From: Paraphysomonas bandaiensis
Lineage: Eukaryota > Protista > Chrysophyceae
Assembly (NCBI GenBank): GCA_965644295.1
Contig: CBFFRP010000167.1
Location: 104,691 to 168,690, forward strand
Reading direction: 5' to 3'
DNA length: 64,000 nt
Positions 1 through 12,293 of the stretch are shown one piece after another. Both the position numbers and the translations under genes were made by a program. The notes beneath the pieces are model-generated. The model worked only from the letters and a program-made list of their open reading frames with translations, searched no databases and was not told where the DNA came from. Position 1 is the stretch's first letter. Every line of letters starts with the position of its first letter.

Positions 1-94
1 ATTCATTCGTTCTGAATGGTAGTGTACCAAACTGGTTGAGAATTGAATATGTAATTCATTTATATATAATATATTCTATCGAAATAGTCAGCAA

Positions 95-166
95 GCGGGG
101 ATAGCTCAGCGGTAGAGCAATTGATTGCAGCTCAATAGGCCATTGGTTCGAATCCGATTTCTCGCT
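95..166 (+). tRNA. tRNA-Cys(GCA), copy 1
   Basis: Cloverleaf: acceptor GCGGGGA/TTCTCGC, D-arm GCTC/GAGC, anticodon stem ATTGA/TCAAT with loop TTGCAGC (GCA), T-loop TTCGAAT, discriminator T; followed by a T-run (Pol III terminator). Confidence 0.95.
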
Positions 167-274
167 TCTCCTTTTTTGCACCTTTCATACACTGATATGA
201 TCGGAAACGTATTCTGTGGCATGAACTTAAAATAAACCTTTATATTAACCAAATAACTCACGTGTTGTCAGCAA

Positions 275-346
275 GCGGGGATAGCTCAGCGGTAGAGCAA
301 TTGATTGCAGCTCAATAGGCCATTGGTTCGAATCCGATTTCTCGCT
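275..346 (+). tRNA. tRNA-Cys(GCA), copy 2
   Basis: Identical to copy 1, with the same 8-bp leader GTCAGCAA and a downstream T-run. Confidence 0.95.
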
Positions 347-808
347 TCTCTTTTTTTTGCTATTTTCAAAGATATCTTTGTGTTTTTTTATGTAAATATT
401 CCGGATTTTTATATGCTGTACTGCTGTATACTGGCGTAATAGTATCATACCGCATACTCTGCGTGCTATAGTTATGGGAGGGGGCAGAGTATTTAACTCG
501 ACATTGCTATAGTATCATCTCCGGCTGCCACGAAACTCTCAGCAGATACCGTTATCCAGGAGCTCTTAAGTCATCGACAAGGGACTATCCTGTATGCAAT
601 ATAGAGCATCACCACCCCTTGCAGGCCATATATATACAGATAGTTCTATATACTAAGAGTCCATTTAACGGACACGGATTAAGAGACACCAACACCTGTA
701 TCATCACTTAAACCAATCACCGGAGAGTTATCTTTTGTGCGGATTGTTTGAGTACTTCAGCGAGATATTGTGTGAGCTACCTGTGACGGCACTGTGCGAT
801 AGTTTGAT

Positions 809-2785
809 ATGAGTATATTGAGAGGCGCAACAGTTATCGCTCTTGTTTTGTTTGTGAGGTTATCAACAATCAATGCACGAATGAAATAATTTCTATGCAG
901 TGCGAATGGAGGATACAGATCACGGCTGGTATCTATGCTGAATCGAAACCAAATTCAGAGCAAACTCTTTGAGCCATGTATGGGAAAAGGTGAATGCTTC
1001 AGGTAAATTCTCTCTATATAAAAATAAGTACCAATCAATTAGACACTTTGTAGTGGCGCTTGGATGGGTAATATAGCTCATCTATTAGATAATCCAAAAC
1101 TTGATGAATTTTTCCCCAATGGTGAAATCGATAAGGACACTCGATCCGTTCGTTGCGAAGATGCGTCTTTTTTCTTTTTTCATAAAATGCTCGATATTCG
1201 TCGCACAGAGAAATGGGGCGAGCCTCCTATTCAGACGATTGATCTCTTTGACTTCTCTGGTTTATTACTATAATATTATATCGTAAGTAATACCAGTTAC
1301 TGTAGTTTTACATTTGTCATCGACGGAGAGGCTTTTGTACAAAACTTTGAATCGTTCGAAGGAGGCAAAGGTATTGCTCGTATAAGTCACAATTAAATAT
1401 CTTTCAGCTTCATAGGACTTGCTGGAAAGGGAGATGAATCACACACTTCGGTCTCTGAGCGTTTATTTTAATCCTCATGCGGAGGGTAACATTAGGTGAA
1501 CGACTGAGTATTACATGAACGGACTTCATCTATTTCTGCAGACGGATGGCCATGGAAGGCAAGAGCACTGCTTTGGCTTCTTCTGCTATCTCATATAATT
1601 TTAAAGTACTGTAGACATCATTTTACGTTTACCTACTGAACTAATTTTCTGACTACATACCAGAACAATAGGAGGTCTTTGCAGGAACTCGCAGATCGCA
1701 CTCTTGTCGTGATACCCTTTCTTCTTAGCAGCAAGGGTGAAAGTTAGTACAATTGGGTAGTGTTAACTCTTTGTAAAATATATTTGGTACGCAGGTGGCA
1801 CAATGAAAACTTATAGAAAGAAAAATCTGAAGTTGTGTTTTTGGTCAATCTTTCCACTCTTTCGCAATATAATTGGTAATGCAAGATTTGCAGCGATTGA
1901 GTAACGTACTCACGTGCTTTGCAGGTGCCGTCGTCAATGACAGAGACAGAGAGCAAGCTTTACGCATATTACCTTTTTCACGTGTGATCAAGATTCCCGG
2001 TCGGTGTCCTGTTTGGGGCAGCGACTTTCTCCTCACTTACCATGTGCAGAAGTGACAGTGACGGGCATGTGTGGGCTTCCGATGGCAGCTCTTTTACAAA
2101 TTAGGCGGTCTGTGTATTGCTAACATCTTATCGGAGCATCATATGCTTTTGATGTAGGGAAATGTTGATTAATACGACGATGCGAGACTCATTTGACTTC
2201 ATATACTATACGGAAGGGGATCAGGTTTTGTTCGCACGGAAACTGCCGGACATATTTTCGTATCTGACGACACACCAATATACAGTGAGTTTTTATAATT
2301 ACTTGTAATTGTATCGTCACTTGTAATATGAGGCCTTATCTCCGCATCGACTCGTTGTGCCATCGGAATTGGTGCTACAGAGTTTTGGCAGAAACTTGAC
2401 TGAGATGATAAATATTGGCGGTAGCCATTCAAGATTTTCATGCTGTCTTGATACTTCTTCACTTGCTGTGACCCGCGTACACTGGAAACCAATTTCCAGT
2501 CCGTCAGCTACTGTGATAAAGATATTTGGTGTACCAGTAGTAGCAGGCAACGGGAATTTTTTCACTCAAGAGTATCGAGTCTGTAACATTTCTCATCGAG
2601 TAAATCATTGCCCTAAAAATGTGAACTCTGCTACATTTCTGATGTATGATGAAGATCCGCCTATATTTATTAAGGTGTTATGTTGAACTTATCTGTATAC
2701 TTAGCAGTAATTGTTATATAAGGCTATCCAGGAAAAACTCTACGTAAATGATATGAATGGTGGGTTGACGAAATATATTCACTAG
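809..2785 (+). CDS. Multi-exon (~11 exons) secreted or signal-anchored protein of unknown function, possibly glycosyltransferase-like
   Basis: Manual splicing at GT-AG introns gives one open frame: MSILRGATVIALVLFVSANGG...RTLVVIPFLLSSKGG...LKLCFWSIFPLFRNII...FDFIYYTEGDQVLF...LSPHRLVV...TKYIH*. Hydrophobic N-terminus; ExD motif after a beta-strand. Confidence 0.7.
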
Positions 2786-5616
2786 GAAGGGGTATTCGTT
2801 TTCACCGGTTTAGCCAATGATCTTTTTTCCCTTTCCGAGAACGTGTCCTAGTATAGTGCTAGTGTTGATTAAACTAAGCTATGTATAGATTTTTATGAAA
2901 ATCCCGGCTTATCTTTTGTGTGTGCTGACAAGCAAGCCTCAGCTACTTCTACACTACACTTGCGTCATTCATACATGATTCCGAAAACCCCTCGCATTCT
3001 AGTGGATGAGGAGTCTCAACCAATGCAATGCTAGACCTATAATGAGATACTTAGTCATGCATGGTCACGAGAAGCTCCGCGAAATCGTTTTTAGGGAATG
3101 GAAAGATGAACATGGCTTTGTTAGTTGCTAGAATCTGCGCGAAAAACATATACAGGTGATGCATTGCTATGAAAACCCCGTGTAAACTCTATGAAGAGGT
3201 GAAAACAGATGAGGCAGTAGAGTGGTTCTCACAGAATCTGTACGCGATCTATATGGTCAGCCAAGATGGTGGCGGGTGTGCGTAACTACGTAGAATTAGC
3301 GCAAAATCTGGTGTTGTAAGTGGTGTACCAGTGAACCCACACTATGGCTACACTGTCGGAATCAGGCCCTGGTAACCATTAACACCTATAAGTAGACAAT
3401 ACCGCTCATAATATATAGTGTGGTGCTCCCTTAATTACTAATTTTTAGTTAAATAACAGACTACGAATTGTAACTACTTCTCGCTCTCCACTGGCACATC
3501 AGGAACTTCTTGCAGGGTTTCATGGAGGGCATCATAAGCATCCCACAACATGTATAATTCGCTCGTAGGAAATAGCAACGATTCTAGAAAATAAGAATTC
3601 AGGTGTCATGATCAACTTTGCACGATTACAGAGCCTCTCAACAATAACATTAGATTGTGCTTCGATATAAAGCAAAAAGCTGTAGTTGGTCTCTTAGATA
3701 CTAAGTCGAGCTCTCTTTTGGTGACCTCGGCGCTGTCCAGAATCAGTTTCTGCACTTTTGTCGAATGAGAACAAACTGGCATTCTTAAACGTCTTTAGTT
3801 CTCTATATATAGCATATATCAAGTACCAATACATACATGCCATTAATAGTACTTACCGGCAATTATAATGGCATGCATTAATGAAAAATGTCGCGGCGAT
3901 TATAATGACCATTTTAATGGTAATGGCCGCAATGGGGCAGGTATGCAGGTATGCTGTAGTACTGTAGTTTCGCTTCATAAACAACTTAATTTTAGATTGT
4001 GATATATATATCCTGCGTACAGGAGTGGTATACAGAGTAGAGTATAAAGTCTTGTCTACTCCATGTTATCTTCTAGAGGATATATATATACAGCACCGTA
4101 AGTAAACCATATGCAAACGTGGGGGAAAAAATTCCCGCGCTTTTGACGTGTATTCCTCTTGTTAAAACTAGCTTGCTACTAGAGTCCTAAAATAAGTTTC
4201 TGCATTATTTGTACTGATATATATTATATTATTGACTAATATTGCAAAGTATTATTATTTTTCAGTGTATAAATGGGCTGAACTAACCATTTGATTGAAA
4301 TGTACGTGAATTAGCTACAAACTAGTTCTAGCTAGTCATTATTGTATAAACTTAAAGCCACATGATTATATAGAACAGAAGAGTAACGAACATACAATGT
4401 ACACTCTACTCTACTCTCTCTACATATATTTCAATAACATTCTGCAGAATACTTTGTTCTTATCCTTCCTGTTATCAAGCTCGAGGCACTGGGCTTCAGC
4501 TTTGAAGTTGTCACGTTCGTAAGCAAAATGAATGTGTTCCAGTATAGAAGACTTTCTATACAGGAGTTCTTCCTGCTCTTCTTTCTATCTTTGCTTTGGT
4601 TTCGACGGGGAGGTCTCATCTTTCGACGAAGCTGAATGATGCCTCCTCTTCACAGCTGCTGAAGTGCCCATCATCAATGCGTGCAGGTAACTCCACAGAG
4701 CTCTCGATCTCTTTCTTCCGACAACCCTTTCTTAAAAAGTAGACTTATAATTAGTCAGGTCATGCACTACAGAAGCTGAAACTTGATACTTTTAAAGGAC
4801 TATAGGAACGTCAATAGCGATGACATTGTCGAATAATATAAGACTTTGAAGATATATAATTATTTACTACCACTAGCGTTCTGATTAGGTAGTGGTTATA
4901 TAAGTAGCTCAATTGACTCGGAGTGTTTTAGTGCTTGATATTTATATCAGTGTGCATGGTATACTGGACATTTCTGTTGCTATATATAGTGCATCATATT
5001 GATCAGTGTGCTTCAGTTCGATAAGTTAATGCGAATTTTGTTTTTGTGTGTATGTGAATGGAAGTATATCTGGTTAATTAATTATTCAAAAGATAGTGTT
5101 GATTTGACAGTTTTCAACAATTTGATATTATTGTCAATTTATTGGAAGTATTTTATCAGAGTATTGTATTGATGTTCATTGAATCTTGTTATAATATTGG
5201 AGATTATTATTACGGTTTACACGCTGATAATCGATCGACAAAATATTTTGTTCAAATGTTATCGATTTCAAGTTGGTGTTTCAGTGGAGAGTAATCGATT
5301 AATGCCAGGAATATTTCTATAAGCTTAATTCCGAGTGAATATTTAGTTCATTGTATTTTCGATTCGCCATTTCAACTCTTGATATTTTCGAGAAGTGTAT
5401 TATTTTTATTAACTACTTACAAGAGTTTATGCATCGATATACATAGATAAATGCGGAACACAGATGCATCGCCTTCAATGCAACAATAATCCAGTATACC
5501 AAAAAATAAAGTACGATACATTACATCTTTAAATCCTAATGATAGCTTTGTCCCAGTGATAATTCGCGTAGGTATCATACTGCTAATTATTCTTGGCAAA
5601 TCATAAAGCACAAGGC

Positions 5617-8600
5617 TTATCTATCGTTTGTGTCAGTAGAGGCGGGATCGCGCGAGAACTTATCATCGTGCTCGCTGCTACACTCCTCATCAATATTCTC
5701 CATTACAGATGCACGATTCTTTTTCACACTCTTTCCAAGTCTCCCTTCATCGTCGCCATCATCATTGTCACACATGTCTTCATGTTCACTCCACATTTTC
5801 GCAGATATCTTGGAGTGATAAATCTCCCTATTCTCTAAAATATACAGGCGACGATGCAAAGATTCCAGCTGTGCTTGGATCACATTTCTTTCGTCCGTAA
5901 TGGCTGTAACAGATGACACGGACGCCGCATTCATATGATCCTCCTTTCTTACCTCAGCCTTCTTCGGAAACAGCTGAGATAATATCCTTCAGATAAGTTA
6001 ATTAGACGATACAAAGAAAACGCCGATAAATACCTAGACTTTATTCGTACACCGTCATCTTTCTTCACCAATTGAAATTTCTTATCGAGATCGTACCCCT
6101 GTACTAATGTTAGTGCTATGTTTCCATATACTATATTAAATTGATGACATCACCTCTAATAAGTTTCGTAGAATCCGTAGAAATAACAAGTCCATTATCT
6201 TGATAGCAGTAATTACGAAAGAAACCGCGATTACAGCACGTATTGTCGTTGCTTTCATATTGGTAAGTAGTATGATAGTCGATGTCACTCCGCATGATAT
6301 GAATACCGCGAATGTTGCTGTACAGATTGAATATCACCACTTAAACCCAAATAAGAGAAATATGCTCACCGTATACTGCGCTCCGTATATGGCTCGTACC
6401 AACTGGAAGATTTCGTGTGAGAAAGCAGAGTACAGCACCCATAAGAAGAATCAGTGCTATGTACCCGAACTGTAAATATATATACACGTCACTGACATTG
6501 TACGAACAACACAGCACATTAGTAATTTCAAATTGATTATCGCGTATAGTTTTCTTCTCAACAGAGCTTCCATTTGTATTTAAAGCAAGCAAAACGACTG
6601 CAATAACGACAAGCAAAACTGTCCGAAATAAAGCCTGAGCTTTCGTTACTTTCACTCGAGTTAGGGAATTGTTGAGAACCATATACATACGCCACGTCTT
6701 CACAACAAGGGGTACAAATACAAGGTGAAATGCGAGTTGAGAGAGCCACAATAGCGCTTCGCATCGAACTGAAGTCACTTCTAGACACATCACGATTGCT
6801 GCGACGCATGCCGTAATACATCCCGTTAGAATAACATACGCTAACTCTGGTTGTGCTATTCCAATCAACCTATACTCTCTGTAACAATATATTAGCACTG
6901 CACATGTTATTGCGATTAGAATTCCGATGACGGCCGCGGCGATAACAAGAGCAGCAATGAGAAGTGGAAGGTGTATCGTTTGAGGATCAGGTCTATCTGT
7001 GGTACGGGTGTTATCCGCGGTATTGAAAACGACATCACTGCTACAAACGCGGCCCATTGACATGCCACTAAAACAGGGCAAAAATACAGATTCTGGACCT
7101 GTTTGCACTGCCCCAATTTGAATGAAACCGATGTGATCTGAGACGTTTTCTAACTTTTGCTCCAGGTACTTATCAGGATCAAAATTCAACACCCTGTAGA
7201 CAAGTCCTTCTGTACGAGCCCCCCCTGCACCGACACCAATGAGCTGCCCATCCAAAGAAACCGGTCCACTCAGTCCGCGGAAGCGCGCGTACTCTTCCAT
7301 TGATTCCCTGAGAGAGTTATGTGTGATGTTATCTGCATGAGTGACATTGTTTTCTGACAAGTACAACAAGTGGTGCAGTCCGTGTGCTAACGCAATTACC
7401 GCATCATACGCAAAAGCTACAGTTCTACTCATTTCGTTGCCGGTGTAAGTAGAGAAGTTAAGTCCTGTGCAGACAAGGGAATAGTTATGAATAGACTCGT
7501 TTTCCATTTCATACGGACAGACGGGTAGCAAGGATGTTTGATGCAAGTAGAACGTGCCACTGGAATCTGTTGCGTTGTTACATTCCCACTGGCCATCATG
7601 CTCTTGCCCATTTGTAGGATCTTGCACACTCCACCTAGACACGAAGGCGGAAAACTCGTCTGATTCACGGTTTATGTCCAGTGAAACCCCTATGGAGCCT
7701 CTCATCACTTCTACTACATCAGAAGACGACATATCTCCACCGATACCCTCCCAGACTTCGGGGTATGTGATTACCTCTGTGCCAATGATCTGGATTCCTT
7801 CCCGAAACACTCCTCTCTTACGCCCTTCAGAGAGAAGGCAACCTACTTCATGAGGAGAAATCAGCAGTACGTACACACGCGCTCCGCTTTGTCGCATGGC
7901 CTCCAAACTCAATTTATAGGCATCGCTGCAATTACTCCACGTTACACCCTCTTCGATACTGACAAAGGGTAGCTCAACAGTAGTCAATACAGATATACCG
8001 TGATGCCCTGCTCGCCTCATGAACTCCGCACTGGAATATATACCATCGACCCCGGTAGAATGTACAACACAAACCCTTCGCCAACCATAACTAGACGCAA
8101 TGAAGTCCGCCAGCACCCTGCCCTGAAGGGAATAAGGAGGGTTTGCTTGTAGAAATGCCGGAAAGAGTTCTCGATCAATCACGAGTGTTGAATCTAACGA
8201 AAACCCCACCCCTAAAATATTACCTTCCTCGAATACAGGCCGCGTGCCTAAATCGTTTATAACATACAAAAATGCATAATATGATATTGACTGACCTCTC
8301 AATGCAATTTCTTCATCCGGGCCTAAATAGGCAACAATTCCAGAGCCTTCCGTAAGTGCGGTTGCTCCAAGACCAGAGCATCTGAAGGTGTCAGTACTCA
8401 AAAATCTTGAAGATATTCGTGTGGTAGGCAGAATATTATCATATATTCCGTCAGATTTGTTGTTTATTTCACGAATAGCCATTAGTATAGCTGATTCTAC
8501 TTCCACATTAGAAACACTAATGCTCCCATATGATAGCAGCGACATAACGACACCGATATTGACATCATTTAAAGTCGAAGCTTCACTTAGCCAGACCAAG

Positions 8601-8644
8601 AGATGGATAAGATATATGAGGACCCCTATCTTGCTCCTTCCCAT
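5617..8644 (-). CDS. Class C GPCR-like receptor (Venus-flytrap/ANF-receptor ectodomain + 7TM, GABA-B-like)
   Basis: ORF 6341..8689 has a signal peptide from ATG 8644, ectodomain motifs (AIREIN, YGWRRVCVVHS, FAYDAVIALAH, FRGLSGPV) and TM helices (AQPELAY, LVVKTWR). Three further spliced exons add the last TMs and a tail (ORF 5617..5934) with a coiled coil. Confidence 0.85.
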
Positions 8645-10013
8645 ATCTATTTTATACGACAGATATGCAGATAGAACAGGCCCAAACACAAGTAGATACG
8701 CAGGTACAGTACAGGGAGCTAATCAACATCTACAGCCTACCACTCATGTCACCAATTTGATAATATACAGAACTAACTGACAGATAAATGACCTGTTCGT
8801 GTTCTATGAAGTGCATAGAGCAGAGTAGAGTAGAGTTCTATATATATATCTGTGTATACGGTATATATATATGGAGAGAGAGGGCTCACTGTGGTATATA
8901 TATACGTACGTAAGTAGTACTTGAATACACAGTACACTGTACACTGTACATACTGCTCTACCTCCCATCCTCGAAGCAGTTATACCCATACAAAAGAGCA
9001 GCAATCTGATAATATTCTGAAAAACACTGATTTTGGCCTAACTTCTCTAAGAAATAATGGTATCTACAGAGAAATCTGTCTATTTTTTCGAAATATTGAT
9101 TTTCTTGTCGTCAAAATTGTCTGTTTTTCTACAGCAGTCTATACTCTGAACTGAGAAGGTGAGAGAGAGCAAGCTGAACAATACTCATATAACTGTGAGA
9201 CAACAGCATCAACATATCTGTTGGTATTCAAGATCAAGAGAGACTATGAAGAGATACTCACCAGCAGAAAGGAACTGACTACGAAGAGATCTTTTATTTA
9301 ATTGCGGTGGATGTAGTGCTACATCGCCTGGCAGTGCATGTGCATAAGCCAACCCGGAGATATAATTAAAACTATTACAAGTATGAACGACTGCAGCGCG
9401 GATGACCCGATCATGAACCTTGTGAATCATAAACACTTCGAACATATCCGACTTTGGTTCCATTATGTGTTTTTGCAATAAGAAGCCTAATCAGGATGAA
9501 TGTGTACTGACGGCAGAAACAGCAGCAGACATAAAGACAATGGCCTTCAGAAAAGTCATTAATTTCACTCGGTGCTATTATGCCAAGTGGGCTCGAGTAT
9601 ATGTATATATGTCGAACTATGCTCACCAGTTGGGAAGTATTACTATGCGCTTGAAGGTTTATGTATTTATTAGTGGTAGCTTGTTCTATCAACAGCAATG
9701 AAATACCATACACAATTACTATAATAAGAGAGAAAGCAAACAGTATAAGCTAATACTGTGATAACATTGGAGACAGTGCTTGTAAGGTGATGTTGGCTGG
9801 TACTACCTCGTAGCAACAAAACTATCACAATATCAATATACTTTAACAGTTCTCTTAAGTGAATTAGTAAGCAGTTTTCTATCTATACAATACTCAAACA
9901 CTATTAGAATTTGGAATGCATTATGCATTACAATTCATAGATATGTTCAATGCACTAGTTCAGCTGAAGCTTATATAAGAATGAGAAACTACAGTTCTAT
10001 GATAATACAACGA

Positions 10014-10412
10014 TACAACGAGTAACTCATAACAGCCTCGAGAAGTAGTATATGTAGCATAAGAATTTATAGCTTTAGTTTTAACCACACTCAAAAACCA
10101 CACACAACATCAATACACAAAGAAACAGAAAACACTGTTAATATTAACAAAAAACGTAACATTCATTTCTGACTCAACTCAAATGAACTATGTCAATTCG
10201 CATGACATAGTACAGATTATACAACGAGTAACTCATAACAGCCTCGAGAAGTAGTATATGTAGCATAAGAATTTATAGCTTTAGTTTTAACCACACTCAA
10301 AAACCACACACAACATCAATACACAAAGAAACAGAAAACACTGTTAATATTAACAAAAAACGTAACATTCATTTCTGACTCAACTCAAATGAACTATGTC
10401 AATTCGCATGAC
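10014..10412. repeat. Tandem direct duplication of ~193 bp (period ~206 bp)
   Basis: TACAACGAGTAACTCATAACAGCC...GTCAATTCGCATGAC occurs twice, essentially identical. Confidence 0.9.
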
Positions 10413-11048
10413 GCATTGGATAATACACACAGACGCAATTGCTGGGAAAAATGACTTGCAGGTAACTTCATTATATTAGACTCATTCTTGTATTAAAGAT
10501 GTCTCCGAAACAGAGTGGATCCAATTTAAAATACCGCACATAAAAAGCTGCACGACAAGCCAAAGCTAGGAGCGAATCAAATAAATTCTAAAGCAGTGGA
10601 GGCAGATTTATTTTGAGACATGAGTCATTACATTTTCTAGGTTCGGACATTGTCAGTCATATCCAATGTTTAAACTGCGAAGGCCAGCACACTCCTGAGC
10701 ATATTTCTTAAGCTTGTTACACCTGAATTTGTCACGACAATTGCCTAATACGTATGTCCTGATCACCTCACTTACAACAGGGGAGACTCTATACTGATAT
10801 AGAAAAATCTGTACCTAACCTTAACCTAACCCCAATAGATATTATAGAGTACTTTAGTTTTATCTTCAAGTACTAGCAGACGCTTTGTATGTGCATGGTG
10901 CATGCAAGCACACTCTTTGATAGTACTATTCAGTATTCAGTGGGGTAATAGAGTAAATTTAATAGATTTGGACTTAAATTTATTGTTTTTTATAAGAGTT
11001 GTTCTGGGTACTAATGTGTGTGGTTATAGTTATATTTAACCACGGGCA

Positions 11049-11140
11049 ATAAGGAAGCTATATCGTCCCGCGCTCAAAATTTTGAAACGAGGGCAAAAAG
11101 CCCGAGTTTTAAAATTTCGACAAGGGACGATACTCCTTAT
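11049..11140. repeat. Imperfect palindrome / small fold-back element
   Basis: ATAAGGA..TATCGTCCC..TCAAAATTTTGAAAC..GGGC, A5 loop, then GCCC..GTTTTAAAATTTCGA..GGGACGATA.TCCTTAT. Confidence 0.7.
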
Positions 11141-12293
11141 CCCTCTAGGTTATATTGTAGCTTATCCTCATGACGTTGAAAAGTTTATATTAGATTGTAT
11201 AGCTATTTGTAGCATGCTTGCTGTAAGAAGAAATAGATGTTCCCTGATTAACTTTAAGAACACAATCAATGATATGTATACTGTATGCTTGGGGAGAGTA
11301 GCAATAGTACTAGATCAACTCAACACAATAAACCCCAAGTTTCAATAACAACTACAACAAATGTACTCCTACCACAGAAGAATACTGAGGGAATAGCAAC
11401 TGCGAGGTGTTGAAATTTGTACATATGTGTGATGATGAATGCGAACAGTTGTAGGCGCAAGAGAGGCTTCTTATTCCCTTAATTAGCATCATCATCACAT
11501 TTATATATACAGCAGGCTTGTTGACCTCTGCAAGTGCACCTGATCGAATGATGTGTGTATGATATGAGGCACACAATATCATATGACCCAAACACTGAAA
11601 TAACTGGGTGCCACTGCTTCTAACCACCTATATAGCATCAGACATGGTACTTAAACTCCTGTAATATTCTTAAAGTTGTTTCGAAGTCCTGGCTATGAAG
11701 ATAGATTGCTTGTACTGACATCGTTATGATGTTATACAGCAGTCGAAGGATGGAATATAACTTGAAGTGCCTAATGATTGAACTCATCATTGTGGTTTCT
11801 CTATAATTGTGTACTATATAATGAAATCACGTACATATGACTGTCATTATCATAATTAGGATAGAAGTGAGCTTCTGCTGAACCGAATATTGAAGTTGAA
11901 TATCTGATATGAGCGCTCTGTTGAGACAAAATCAGGTCGAAAAAAAGCTTTTTTTGAGACAAAATGGGGATAAGACTATAATTACAATTGAGGAATAACT
12001 ACATTGGACTTATCAAAGTGATCGATGCAAGCTGACAAGAAACCAATACCTTTTCTCACTTAATCTATGAATGACAAGTCGAGTTAGTTACAAGTTGTAG
12101 GGGTGCAAATTGTTGTTCATCCCGACTTTAACAATAACTTTCCCACTATGGGATCTATCTACTTCTACACTAAACTAAACAATTATGCAAGTCTCGCCTA
12201 AGAAATACATCTCATACTCTCCACTCACCCGCAGCAATAGATTAAACATAGCCGATTTCTCCCAGAACGGTGAGCAGCGCGAACTGTGAGAGC

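Noticed and set aside
245-448. 67-aa minus-strand ORF
   Set aside because: Overlaps tRNA-Cys copy 2 in antisense.
2101-2157. Possible GC-AG intron or stop-codon readthrough in the first gene
   Set aside because: A normal GT donor at 2108 keeps the frame; TAA, TAG and TGA all end conserved genes in this window.
2900-4830. Coding-like fragments between the first gene and the GPCR
   Set aside because: Could not be spliced into a stop-free model or assigned to a family.
10814-10833. Telomere-like CCTAAC run (also TAGGGTTAGGG near 44677)
   Set aside because: Only 2-3 imperfect units; insufficient for a telomere call.
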